From positions 96,226,001 to 96,290,000 of the forward strand of contig NC_086097.1 in assembly GCF_963921235.1 (NCBI RefSeq): 64,000 bases of DNA, written 5' to 3'. This DNA comes from Mobula hypostoma (Eukaryota). Below the pieces are notes generated by a model. It was not told the origin of the DNA, searched no databases, and saw nothing but the letters and a program-made list of their open reading frames with translations. Below are positions 40,301 through 53,289 of the stretch, one piece after another. A program made the translations under genes and the position numbers. Within the stretch, counting starts at the first letter, position 1. Every line of letters starts with the position of its first letter.

Positions 40301-40566
40301 TCCCCCTGAAAATCTAGTTTAAACCCCTCGGAGCAGCACTAGCAAATCTACCCGCAAGGATGTTAGTCCCCCTCCAGTTCAGGTGCAAACCATTCTGATG
40401 GAACAGGTCCCATCTTCCCTGGAACAAAGCCCAATTGTCCAGAAACATGAAACCCTCCCTCCTGCACCATCTCCTTAGCCACATATTTAGCTGCATTATC
40501 TTCCTATTTCTAGCCTCACTAGCACGTGGCATGGGTAACAAACCTGAGATTGCAATCCTGGAGGTT
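37336..40566 (-). mobile_element. CR1 LINE (3' part of ORF1 esterase plus all of ORF2), degenerate
   Basis: agaaccatagaaacatagaa tail; ORFs 37625-37996, 38278-38790, 38994-39497, 39928-40269 (CIYFNARSI, ISETW) and 40314-40583 (ISGLLPMPR, GLHLNWRG). Confidence 0.92.
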
Positions 40567-43500
40567 CTAAAACATAGAAACATAGAAAACCTTCAGCACA
40601 ATACAGGCCCTTTGGTCCACAAAGTTGTGCCGAACATGTCCCTACCTTAGAAATTACTGCGCTTGAAGAGGACTTCTGGGTCATCAAGGGAATGGCGGTG
40701 TAAGGAAAAGGTCTCTCGACAAAAAAGAAGGTAAGCTGCCCCAAAATCGAAATTAGACAAATACTTAATATTGTATAACTATATTAATAAAAGGGGCAAG
40801 GATGATGTCTAGGAACAAGATTAAAAAGTCCGCTCAGAAGACTGATAAACACAGAGATGCAGTAAGGCAACGGGCCTAGCTCCCCCACGGCAAGCCAGGA
40901 CGGAGATAATAATGAGGAATCGGTGAATCTGTCTTTGATTCTCAGAGAGATTCGCGAGTTCCGACAAGATAACAACAAACAGCTGGAAGATATTAAAGGA
41001 GAAATAGTAAAAACTAATTCGAGGATAGATGAAACCAAAGCGAGGATTGTAGGAATAGAGAAGCTACAAAACGCAGAGGAAGTGATAGCAGAAATGCTAA
41101 AGCTACAAGACCAGCTCCAGTTGAAGAAATAGACCAAGAAGGCTGCTCAAGAAGGGAAAATGTGAGGATCTACGGAGTTCCTGAAGGAACTGAAGGTAAA
41201 CCCGGATTGATGATTCCCTTCATGGAGAAGCTGCTTAGAGAGAACCTTGATATACTGGCCGCAAAAGACCTACAGATAGAAAGGGCTCACTGTGCGTTGG
41301 CACCACAGCCTCCGGCAGCCGTCCAGCCCAGATCGATCCTAATCAGATTTCTCAGTTACAGAACGAAGGAAGAGGTGCTTAAGTGGGCATGGCAAAAGAA
41401 AGGTTTCATGTGGATCAACTGTAAAATCAGTTTAGGCCACGATTACGCACCGGGGATCCTTGCCAGACGGAAGGAATATGTGGAAACACGGAGGGTCCTG
41501 AAGGAAAACAACATCAGATTTCAGACCCCGTATCCAGCTCGGCTGAGAGTCTTTTATGACGAAGGGACAAAAACTTATGCTACGGCGGAGGAGGCAACGT
41601 TGGACCTGGCGGACCGGGGACTACCTATTAAAGTTATCACCCAACCGGAGTCGTTACTGGAGAGGATTCGGCAGAAGACGTGGCAGCTAGTGCAGCAAGG
41701 ACTCTCCACACGACCCAGAGTGTCAAACTACAAGGAAAAGCTGCAAATATTCAGACGCGAATGTACGGAGAATACAGATTAATTAAGAGAAATGACTGAA
41801 AAGAGTAAATCGCACTTAAAGGTAAAATGAAAGCTGGTAACTGAAAATAAACTAGACGGAATAACTTGAATGATAGCAATATGGTTGAGACATAAATAGG
41901 AGAAAATTCTCTATGATTATTGAAACTGTTGAGGGCCCTCTAACACAGGGGTTATCCCTCTGAACTGAGGCGGGTCGGTGCTCAGGCCTCACTGTGGGAA
42001 GTCGGGAAAAATTTTCAAATGTTACACTTTCAAAAATATCTAGGGTGTCGTTATATGTTTTGGTTTACTGTTGAGAAGGGATTGCTTACTGTTGGTTTAG
42101 AAAAGGAGAGTGTTTTTTTTCTACTAGAGAAAAATGCAAATTGAATTGGTAAAAATAATTTCCTATAATGTTTATGGGGTTTTGAATCCAATTAAAAGAA
42201 ATAAGATTATGTCTAAATTGAAAAAAGAGAGGGCACAAATAGCTTTCCTCCAGGAAACACATATGAGCCAATCCGAACATGGAAAATTAAAAAGAATGGG
42301 CTTTAAGCATGTATTTTATTCATCATATAAATTGAGCCACAAAAGAGGGGTAAGCTACTTTAATATCAAGTACTCTTAATTATGAACATATTTCAGAGAC
42401 TAAAGACAAAGATGGATGATTTGTAAAAATTACAGGAAGAATAGAAGGTACAGAAATAACATTGCTGAATGTTCATGCTCCACCAGGTTGTGAATGGTCA
42501 TTTTATAGACACATTTTTGACCTAATGGTCAGTTCTCAAGGGGTAGTAATCTGCGGAGGGGATTTTAATATTAGGTTAAATCCTGCATTAGATTCTTCAA
42601 GAATAGTTACTCAGAATAAACCTCTGACTCGGAAAATGAATTTATTGACCCCATTAGTAAAGATTATACACATTACTCTTTCCCTCATTCAGCCTATTCA
42701 AGGATAGACTATTTCTTCATCTTAATTAGCAGACCTTCAAGGAAAATTAAAACAACTTCAAGTTGTAGATAGCTACAAAAGTAATTCTAATTTAAAACAG
42801 GAAATTAGGAAATTGCAAAGTGAAATTGATGATATTTATACATTGGAAACTCAAAGAAATTTTCTTTACCTGAGACTAAAGAATTATGAAGTAGAAGGTA
42901 AATCAGCTAGATTATTAGCATATAAATTACAAAAACAACAAGCAGACAATACAATTCATAAAATAAAGAATCCAAAGACAAAGCTTGTGGAGAATTCAAT
43001 AGGGAAAATTCAAGAGAGTTTTGAAACATATTATCGAGAGCTGTACTCCCAACCCCGGGCCTCCAATGAGCCCTATATAGACACTTTATTGAATTCTTTA
43101 GATCTACCTAAATTTACAGATTTACAAAATGAATGCCTATTAGAACCAGTAACTGCCAAAGAACTGAATGCGGCCATCTCTAGATTAAAGGCTGGAAAGT
43201 CTCCAGGTTCTGTGGGTTTACCTCAGAGTGATACAGATTGCTGAAGTCACAGTTAGCCCCATTACTACTTAACACCTTTAATTGGATCTTGCAGACAGGA
43301 GAAACTCCACCTTCCTGGAGAGAAGCGATTATTTCAGTTATTCCTAAAGAGGGTAAAGATAAACTAGAATGTGGTAATTATCGGCCAATTAGTGTTCTTG
43401 ATTTAGATTACAAAATATTTACATCTATATTAGCGCGCAGATTGGAAAAGCTTTTACCTGGCCTAATCGATTTAGACCAGACTGGATTTATTCAACAAAG

Positions 43501-43893
43501 ACAAACACATTAAGAACGAGACAGAGACAATGGTAGTGGGATTAGACGCTGAGAAAGTTGGGTATTCCTATACAGAGTGTTAGGAAGATTTGGCTTTCAA
43601 GAAAAGTTTATTAAAGTGATTCAGACTCTATATGACAGCCCTACAGCTCGAATTAAGATAAATGGGGACCTCTCTGACTCCTTAATTTTAGAGAGAGGCA
43701 CTAGACAGGGATGCCCAATTTCTCCTCTCCTTTTTTGCGCTATATGTTGAACCGCTTACCCAACTAATAAGACAGAGCGAAATCGTAAAAGATATCAAGG
43801 TGGCAGGGATTGAACAGAAAGTGGCGTTATTTGCAGATGATGTTTTAGTCTATCTGAGCGTACCAGAAAAATCATTTATAGGATTGTTTACTT

Positions 43894-45039
43894 CAGGGGA
43901 CCGGCAGACCCGGCGGTGGGGGCGGGGAGTAGGATTGCCGACGGACGAGAGTAGCAGTTGATTACATTGTATTTACCCCGAGAAAGACTACAATAACCAT
44001 GGAGCCTTGCGCGGGAACCAGTGCGCATGCGCGACTCGCGTACGTGTGTATGTGCCCATTTTTTTACTACAAATCGTTGTTGGCGATTCTGTTCGGGCGC
44101 TGGGGTGTAAATCACGACCGGAATATAGGTGATAAGTGGCTAATACACTCAATTTCGTTTCTAAAAGGGTTTTTCTAACGAATTTAATATTAAACACAGC
44201 GCATATTTTCCTCCCATGAATATAGTGATAGGTCAATTATCAGGGGAAATTGAAGTAAGTGTTGAACGAACTTCCAGTACAAGTGGTAGAGGCAGGTTCG
44301 ATATTATCATTTAAAGAAAAATTGGATAGGTATATCAAAGGAACGGAGGGTTATGGGCTGAGTGCAGGTCGGTGGGACTAGGTGAGAGCAGCGTTCCGCA
44401 CGGACTAGAAGGGCTGCGATCGTCTGTTTCTCTGCTGTAATTGTTATATGATTATATAAGTCACTTATAAGTCAATAGCATCGTAACATTTTGAGTAACG
44501 TTTGGATATTAAACGCACAGCACATATTTTCCCCGTATGAACATATAAAATCATTGCAACACACCAATATCGCTGAATCAGTGGGAGCCCTGGGCTTGTT
44601 TCCCTGCAACAAGACGGTCCTATCGAGGGGTGACGGGAGAAGGGGTTGCTTATGTCCAGTCTATTCCGCAATTTAGTTTTCATTGCATTTATCGCAGAAA
44701 ATCCACTTCGCAGCGATATAATGTTGGAAATAGAAGCAACGTTTTCAGTGCTTTCGTGGCAATCTCAGGATATTCAGCCTTGACTTTGAGCCAGAAAGCT
44801 GGCAGAGATGTTATGTCAAACATACTTTTCAGCCCGCCGTCATTTGCAAGCTCGAGGAGTTGATATTCTTCCCGCGCTGACATGGGTGACGCATGGGTAA
44901 TGAGCTCGCGTGCGTTCAAGCTCAACAGTGGCCGTGACAGGGAATGAGGAAAGGTGTGGCTGACCAATATCCCTAAATCATATCGTTTCCTCGCGGCCCG
45001 GTAGCTCATGCTTTGCGGCCCGGTGGTTGGGGACCACTG
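43894..45039 (-). mobile_element. hAT (Charlie-like) non-autonomous element, copy 1, inside L1 ORF2; contains a CR1 3' fragment at about 44270-44460
   Basis: Ends cagggga... and ...ggttggggaccactg; imperfect 8-bp TSD gtttactt/gtttacac; ORF SLPAFWLKVKAEYPEIATKALKTLLLFPTLYRCE resembles the hAT C-terminal dimerisation domain. Confidence 0.88.
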
Positions 45040-46204
45040 GTTTACACTGTTGGATGACTTTGGGAAAATATCAGGTTATAAAATGTAAAGAAAACGCAGG
45101 TTATGTCCCTAAGTTATACACCATCCAAAAAACTGCAGGATACATATGATCTTAAGTGGGAAGCTAAATGATTAAAATATTTAGGAATAACACTGCCGAA
45201 GGATCTTTCAATGCTGTCACAGGTAAATTATGGGCCATTAATTTCAGAGATAAAAGCAGATATGCATAGATGGAATCTTATCCCCTTTTTAAGTTTAAAT
45301 TCAAGGATAAATACCATAAAAATGAATATTCTTCCTCGGTTACTATATCTTTTTCAGACTTTACCTGTGGAGGTGGATGATAATCAATTCAGGGAATGGG
45401 ACAAATGGATCTCCCGCTTTATCTGGCAAGGAGAGAAACCTAGAATTCGATATAACACCTTACAGTTAGGGAAGGAAGGAGGAGGTATGGTACTTCCTTG
45501 CCTGAGAAATTATTTTTATGCTTCACAGATAACCCCTCTGTTATATTGGTGTAATAGGGAATATAAGGCTAGATGGAAGGAAATAGAATTTGGATTGGTA
45601 GACAGTTTTCCTCTACAGGCCTCAATAGCTGACAAAGGATTGATGGCCCAATTGGAAAAGTTTAAAAACAGTTGGATAAATCTTACATTAAAGATATTGC
45701 AGAAGGTGGTTAATTCATGTGGAATCAATAACATGTTAAAACTTTTCAGATGGTGTGCATATGATACCGAATTCCTTCCCAACAGAGGAGATAAAAGATT
45801 TGAACTATGGATAAAGAAAGGTCTTACAACCTACCTCTCATTTATACATAAAAGAGTATTACAAAGTTTCCAATTCCCGCAGGACAAACATGGCCTAGAA
45901 CACAATGACTTTTTTAGGTACTTTCAAGTACGACACTATGTTAACCAGAGTTGTAGATATACAGACCTATCAACAGTAGAATTAGAATTTTTCAAGATTC
46001 TGAATTCGGCTTACAGTTCAATACCAAGTAAATCAGATTCTCGATTATATAATGTACTCTCCCATGCTAAAAATGTAAACACATTGTATATTAAACAGAA
46101 GTGGGAGAAAGAAGTGAGGTTGGTACTTTCAGAGGAGGCTTGGGGGGAAATCTACAGCTTTCAGTGGTCTTCGACTAATTCTTTGACTTGGAGAGAACAT
46201 TGTT

Positions 46205-48374
46205 CTTTCTTTCTTTTTAAATCTTTTTATTGAGTAAGTATACAAAAAAGGTAAGCCATATAAACATTAATACAATGTTAAAGTATAATAAAATTCCAAA
46301 AGATAACAATACCAAAAAGAAAATACTACAAACAATGTAATTTAAGCATAAGAAACCAAGATAACATAATAGTATACTAGATTTTATATATATCAATGGA
46401 AAAAAAAGAAAAAAAAACCCCCCAAAAAAAACCCACCGTGCAACTAACTAAAAGCAAAGCAAAGCAATGGGCTAACTTGAAACCAAACAGAGTTAAACTT
46501 AAAATCACGTCCTCAATCCCGACCTCCATTAAAACAGTGAAAAAAAAACAAGAAGGGTAAATATTACATTAAATGAAAATATCGAATAAAAGGTCCCCAA
46601 ATCTGTTCAAATTTAAATGAAGAATCATAAAGGTTACTTCTAATTTTCTCCAGATTCAAACATAAAATCGTCTGAGAAAACCAAAAAAAGGTAGTTGGAG
46701 CATTAAGCTCTTTCCAATGTTGTAAAATACATCTTTTCGCCATTAAAGTAAGAAATGCAATCATTCTACGGGCTGAAGGGGAAAGATTACTAGAAATTTT
46801 AGGTAGTCCAAAGATAGCAGTAATAGGGTGAGGAGAGATATCTATATTTAATACCTTAGAAATAATATTGAAAATATCTCTCCAAAAAGTTTCCAAAGTA
46901 GGGCAAGACCAAAACATATGAGTTAAAGAGGCTATCTGCCCCGAACATCTATCACAGAAAGGATTAATATGCGAGTAAAAACGCGCTAACTTATCTTTGG
47001 ACATATGTGCTCTATGAACCACTTTAAATTGAATTAGGGAATGTTTAGCACAAATAGAGGAAGTATTAACTAATTGTAAAATCTGCCCCCAATCATCCAC
47101 AGAAATGGTAAGCCCCAATTCCTGTTCCCAATCTACCCTAATCTTATCAAATGGAGCTTTCCTAAGTTTCATAATAATATTATAAATCATAGCCGATGCA
47201 CCTTTCTGACATGGATTAAGGTTAATTATCGAATCTAAAATATATATAGGAGGAAGCATTGGAAAGGAAGAAAGTATAGTGCTTAGGAAATTTCTAACTT
47301 GTAAATATCTAAAAAAATGTATTCTTGATAAGTTATATTTATTAGATAATTGTTCAAAAGACATAAGGGAACCATCTAAAAATAAATCCAAAAACCGTAA
47401 AATACCCTTAGTCTTCCAAGTTTGAAAAGCGCGATCCGTAAAAGAGGGAGGAAAAAATATGTTACCTAAAATAGGAATCGCTAACCCGAATTGATTAAGA
47501 TCAAAAAATTTTCTGAATTGAAACCAAATGCGCAAAGCATATTTAACTATCGGGTTAGAGACCTGCTTAAGGCGTTTCGAATCAAAAGGAAGAGAGGAAC
47601 CTAAAATAGAACCAAGTGTATAACCCTGAACAGATTGTAATTCCAATGCTACCCATTTAGGAATAGATAGTATGTCCCGGTCAAGTAACCAAAATTTCAT
47701 ATGTCGAATATTAATAGCCCAATAATAAAATCTGAAGTTAGGTAATGCTAAACCTCCATCTCTCTTAGCTTTCTGTAAATGTATTTTACCCAGTCTCGGA
47801 TTCTTATTCTGCCAAATAAATGAAGAAATTTTAGAGTCAACTTTATCAAAAAAAGATTTAGGAACGAAAATTGGTAATGCCTGAAACACATATAAAAATT
47901 TTGGCAAAAAAAACATCTTAACTGCATTAATACGACCAATCAAAGTTAGATATAAGGGAAACCATTTAGATGAAAGTTGAGTAATATGGTCTATTAATGG
48001 TAAAAAGTTAGTCTTAAATAAATCTTTATGTTTACAAGTAATTTTAATCCCAAGATATGAAAAGTAATTATTAATCAATTTAAATGGAAATTTATAATAT
48101 AAGGGAAGATGTTTATTAATCGGAAAAAGTTCACTCTTACTAAGATTTAATTTATAACCTGAGAAAAGACCAAATTGTGCTAATAACTCTAAAACAGCAG
48201 GAATGGATCTCTCAGGATTAGAAATATATAAAAGTAAATCATCAGCATAGAGTGATAATTTATGGGACTTTAATCCCCGAGTTATCCCAGTAATATTTGA
48301 AGATTCTCGAATAGCAATTGCAAGAGGTTCTAATGCAATATCAAATAATAGGGGACTAAGAGGACAGCCTTGTC
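46205..48374 (-). mobile_element. Second, young L1/Tx1-clade LINE (5'-truncated), antisense inside the first L1
   Basis: Perfect 12-bp TSD gagaacattgtt (46193-46204 and 48375-48386). Open frame of about 600 codons from RQGCPLSPLLF/LSLYADD to CDRC...HMFWSC and stop at 46564. Tail aataaaaagatttaaaaagaaagaaag on the minus strand. Confidence 0.95.
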
Positions 48375-50029
48375 GAGAACATTGTTGGAAAAATATTATA
48401 AGATACTTCAAGACCCCATATCAGGAAACATATAAAGACACAAACGTGACGTGTTGGAGAAGGTGCGGCTCCAAGGAGGCAAATCATGTCCATATTTTCT
48501 GGGATTGCCCTAAATTAAGTTTATATTGGAAAGGTATTCATAGAACATTAGTTAAGGTACTTTAAGACCCAGATACCTCTGAACTTTGAGACGCTCTATT
48601 TGGGGCATGTATTGTTTCTTGAACAGAAGAAAGATATAAAGTTGCTGCAGGCCCTTTTTGTGGCAAGTAAGAAATCAATCACCAGAAAGTGGCTAAATCC
48701 AATACCACCTACAATAGAAGATTGGCACGAAATTATCTTGGAAATATTTAAAATGGAAAAGATGACTTACTCCCTGAGAATTCAAAAAGAAAAATTTTAT
48801 CAAATCTGGAATAAGTGGATTGAATATATAACCCCAAAGCAAGCAGACTTTAGATGACTCTCCTAATGATTTATACTGCTCTTTTCATCAACACAGTAAT
48901 ATTGCGAACGTAAGCACCCCTGGTCTAAATGTTTACCGTTTTTGTTTTTTTTTGGAAAATAGAGATTTAACACAAGTAAAAGAAAAGATTTGGGAAAGGG
49001 ATAAAAAATGATAAAATTAAGTAAATAAGTACATAGGGACTGGATAATTATGTTTGGGGGTAGGAGCAAACATGAACAAGTTAGGATATATACACCTACA
49101 ATGGTTGTTACATAGGCTTACATACAACATTTTGGACCAGAAGAAATGGTCCAGAAGAGATATATGGAAATTATTATTAATCCACTATTATTACTATTTT
49201 TCTTAACAATTAATATCATTACTTAGCCTATTAGATTAGAATTTCAACTGTACATAATTATCTATTTAAGTGTCTAATTTCTTTTTATATCATCTTAATG
49301 TGTACGTAGGAATGTATATATAATTATAGTTTTATACATATATTAAAAAAATGGAAAAGGTTATACATGTGAAAAAAGTACATGATACTTGTGAATTCCT
49401 TATCCAAATAAAAATAAAAAATTAAAAAAAAAGAAATTACTGGGCTTACCTATAGCCCTCTATTTTTCTAAGCCCCATGTACCTATCCAAAAGTCTCCTA
49501 AAAGACCCTATCATATCCGCCTCCACCACTGTTGCCGGCAGCCCATTCCACGTACTCACCACTCTCCGAGTAAAAAACTTACCCCTGACATCTCCTCTGT
49601 ACCTACTCTCCAGCACCTTACACCTATGTTTTCTTGTGGCAACCATTTCAGCCCTGGGAAAAAGCCTCTGACTATCCACACAATCAATGCCTCTCATCAT
49701 CTTATACACCTCTATCAGGTCACCTCTCATCCTCCGTCGCTCCAAGGAGAACAGGCCGAGTTCACTCAACCTATTTTCATAAGGCATGCTCCCCAATCCA
49801 GGCAACATCCTTGTAAATATCCTCTGCACCCTTTCTATGGCTTCCACATCCTTCCTGTAGTGAGGCAACCATAACTGAGTACAGTACTCCAAGTGGGGTC
49901 TGACCAGGGTCCCATATAGCTGCAACATTACCTCTCGGCTCCTAAATTCAATTCCACGATTGATGAAGGCCAATACACTGTACACTTTCTTAACCACAGA
50001 GTCAACCTGTGCAGCTGCTTTGAGCCTCC

Positions 50030-52896
50030 CAGATGGTCACATCTGTGCCGGGGCAGCGAACTGCAGCTCCTTAGGGACCACGTTAGGGAACTGGGGATGC
50101 AGCTCTATGACCTTCGTCTGGTCAGGGAAAGTGAGGAGGTGCTAGAGAGGAGCTATAGGCAAGTAGTCATATCGGGTTCTAAGGAGACAGATAAGTGGGT
50201 AACAGTCAGGAGGGAGAAGGGCTAGAGTTACATACTAGAACAGTGGTCCCCAAACACCAGGCCGCGGACAGGTACCGGGCTGCAAAGCATGTGCAAGGAG
50301 ATGATATGATTTGGCGATATGAGTCAGCTGCACCTTTCCTCATTCCCTGTCACGCCCACTGTTGAGCTAGAACGCACGCGAGGTCATTACCCACACGTCA
50401 TCCATGTCAGCGCGGGAAGAAGATCAACTCCTCAAGCTTGCAAAAGACGGCGGGCTGAAAAGTATGTTTGACATAACATCTCTGCCAGCATTCTGGATCA
50501 AAGTCAAGGCTAAATATCCTGACATAGCCACGAAAGCACTGAAAACGTTGCTTCCATTTCCAACATATCTCTGCGATGAATGCAACGAAAACTAAATTGT
50601 GGAATAGGCTGGACACAAGGAACCCCCTTTGAGTATCGCTGTCTCCCATCACCCCTCGATGGCACCGTCTTGTTGCAGGGAAACAAGCCCAGGGCTCCCA
50701 ATGATTCAGCGATATTGGTGTGTTGCAATGATTTTATATGTTCATACGGGGAAAATATGTGCTGTGTGTTTAATATCCAAACGTTACTTAAAATGTTATG
50801 ATGTTATTGACTTATAAGTGACTTATAATTGATTTATCACTATATTCATGCGAGGAAAATATGCGCTGTGTGTTTAATATTAAATTTGTTAGATAAACCC
50901 TTTTAGAAACTAAATTAAGTCTATTAGCCACTTATCACCTATATTCTGGTCGTGATTAACACCCCCCCCCCCCGAACAGAATCGCCAAAAACGATTTGTA
51001 GAAAAAAATTGGCACGTACATGCATGTGCAAGTCACTCATGCGCACTGGTGCCCGCGCAAGGCTTCATGGTCATGGTAGTCTCTCTCGGGGTAAACACTA
51101 CGTATTTGACTGCTACTCTTGTCCATTGGCAACCCTACCCCCACCCCCCACAACCCCCCTCCCCCCCGCCAGTCGGCCAGTCCGCGAGAATATTGTCAAT
51201 AATAAACCGGTCCAGGGTGCAAAAAAGGTTGGGGACCCCTGTACTAGAGAGTACCTCTGTGGCTATCCCCCTTAACAATAAGTTACAGCGGGTTGAAAAG
51301 CTTGAGCATATAGACATTAGGAAAGAGGATGTACTAGAGCTTTTGGAAAGCATCAAGTTGGATAAGTCTCCAGGACCGGATGAGATGTACCCCAGGCTAC
51401 TGTGGAAGGCAAGGTGAATCTCTGGCAATGATCCTTGCATCATCAATGCAGACAGGAGAGGTTTCGGAGGATTGGAAGGTTGCGTATGTTTTTACCCATA
51501 TTTGAGAAAGGGAGTAGAGATAGCCCAGGAAATTATAGACCAGTGACTCTTACTTCAGTGGTTGGTAAGTTGATGGAAAAGATCTTGAAAGGCAGGATTT
51601 ATGAACATTTGGAGAGGCATAATATGATTAGGAATAGTCAGCATGGCTTTGTGAAAGGCAGGTCGTGCCTTACGAGCCTGATTGAATTTTTTGAGGATGC
51701 GACTAAACACGTTGATGAAGGTAGAGCAATAGATGTAGTGTATATGGATTTCAGCAAGGCATTTGATAAGGTACCCCATGCAAGGCTTATTGAGAAAGTA
51801 TGGAGGCATGAGATCCAAGGGGTCCTTGCTTTGTGGATCCAGAATTGGCTTGCTCACAGAAGGCAAAGAGTGGTTGTAGATGGGTCATATTCTGCATTGA
51901 GGTCGGTGACCAGTGCTGTGCCTCAGGGATCTGTTCTGGTACCCACTTCTCTTCATGATTTTTATAAATGACTTGGATGAGGAAGTGGAGGGATGGGTTA
52001 GTAAATTTGCTGATGATACATAGGTTGGGGGTGTTATGGATAGTGTGGAAGATTTTTAGAGGTTACAGTGGGACATCGTTAAGATGCAAAACTTGGCTGA
52101 GAAGTGGCAGATGGAGTTCAACACAGATAAGTGTGAGGTGGTTCATTTTGGTAGGTCAAATATGATGGCAGAATATAGTATTAATGTTAAGACTCTTGGC
52201 AGTGTGAAGGATCAGAGGGATCTTGGGGTCCGAGTCCCTAGGACACTCAAAGATGCTGTGCAGGTTGACTCTGTGGTTAAGAAGGCATGGATTGAATTTC
52301 AGAGCTGTGAGGTAATGTTACAGCTATATAGGACCCTGGTCAGACCCCACTTGGAGTACCATGCTCAGTTCTGGTCACCTCACTATAGGAAGGATGTGGA
52401 AACTATAGAAAGGGTGCAGAGGAGATTTACAAGGATGTTGCCTGGTTTGGGGAGCATCCCTTATGAAAATAGGTTGAGTGAACTCAGCCTTTTCTGCTTG
52501 GAGCGGTGGAGAATGAGAGGTGACCCTGACAGAGGTGTATAAGATGATGAAAGGCATTGATCATGTGGATAGTCAGAAGCTTTTTCCCAGGGCTGAAATG
52601 GCTAACATGAGAGGGCACAGTTTTAAGGTGCTTGGAAGTAGGTACATAGGAGACATCACTGGTAAGTTTTTTTATGCAGAGAGTGGTGAGTGTGTGGAAT
52701 GGGTTGCCGGCAACGGTGGTGGAGGCGAATATGATAGGGTCTTTTAAAAAAACTCCCGGATAGGTACATGGTGCTTAGGAAAATGGATGGCTGCGGGTAA
52801 CCCTTGGTAATTTCTAAAGTAAGTACATGTTCGACACAGCATTGTGGACCAAGGGGCTTGTATTGTGCTGTAGGTTTTTTATGTTTCTATGTTTCC
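50030..52896 (+). mobile_element. CR1 with a large internal deletion (early ORF1 fused to mid-ORF2 at about 51283) and a hAT insertion
   Basis: ORF1-type sequence (gaactgcagctcctta..., aagtgggtaacagtcagg) jumps to KLEHIDIRKEDVLELL; RT ORFs 51435-52747; tail atgtttctatgtttc. Confidence 0.88.
50241..51241 (+). mobile_element. hAT (Charlie-like) non-autonomous element, copy 2
   Basis: TIRs cagtggtcccca / tggggacccctg; 8-bp TSD tactagaa/tactagag; ORF 50404-50595 SLPAFWIKVKAKYPDIATKALKTLLPFPTYLC. Confidence 0.92.
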
Positions 52897-53289
52897 TTAT
52901 GTTAGAAACACGTATTATTTAAAACAGTGACAGGCTGAAAAATGCTGATGGCCCAAAACAACCCATATTTACAATACAGCCAAAAGAATGAATTACTCTA
53001 TTAAGGATTCAAGAGCAAGCACAAGTTTTATACATGAAAGCAGGAAAAAAATTCAAATGATAGCAGAAATTTGGAAAGGCAGTGTTACTTGGCAAAGCAA
53101 AACTTAAGACTGAGGTTGAGATTTTTTTGTTAGATAATTTCATAGTTCAAAAGAAAAGAGATAAGGCATAGGTGAAGCATGGTCTCAATAATCGGCAGTA
53201 ACAGCTTGAGACACTAACTGGAACTAGCCCCAAAATTCATATTGTGGCAAATGTAATCATAGGCTTGTAATTTTTGCTGCTTGAAAATG

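Larger units (their letters stand above)
40665..49431 (+). mobile_element. Full-length L1-clade LINE (ORF1, ORF2, 3'UTR, A-rich tail), disabled, with two nested insertions
   Basis: TSD agaaattactg(c/g)gctt (40649-40664 and 49432-49447, 15/16 match) at a TT|AGAA site. ORF1: RIYGVPEG...IERAH...PRSILIRF. ORF2 starts at 42134 ([40 protein letters not shown]) and ends at 48857. Confidence 0.95.
40568..50024 (-). mobile_element. CR1 3' fragment split by the L1 insertion (40568-40664 and 49432-50024)
   Basis: aaacatagaaacatagaaaac tail at 40569; body ORF 49446-49997; the halves join across the L1 TSD. Confidence 0.88.

Noticed and set aside
48375..48411. Start codon of the 615-aa ORF (MKYLIIFFQQCS) suggesting a domesticated gene
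   Set aside because: These residues come from the TSD and the antisense strand of the host L1; the inserted element is simply 5'-truncated.
49448..52896. Single CR1 with a 5' inversion
   Set aside because: The minus and plus segments each have their own 3' region and tail, so they are two elements.
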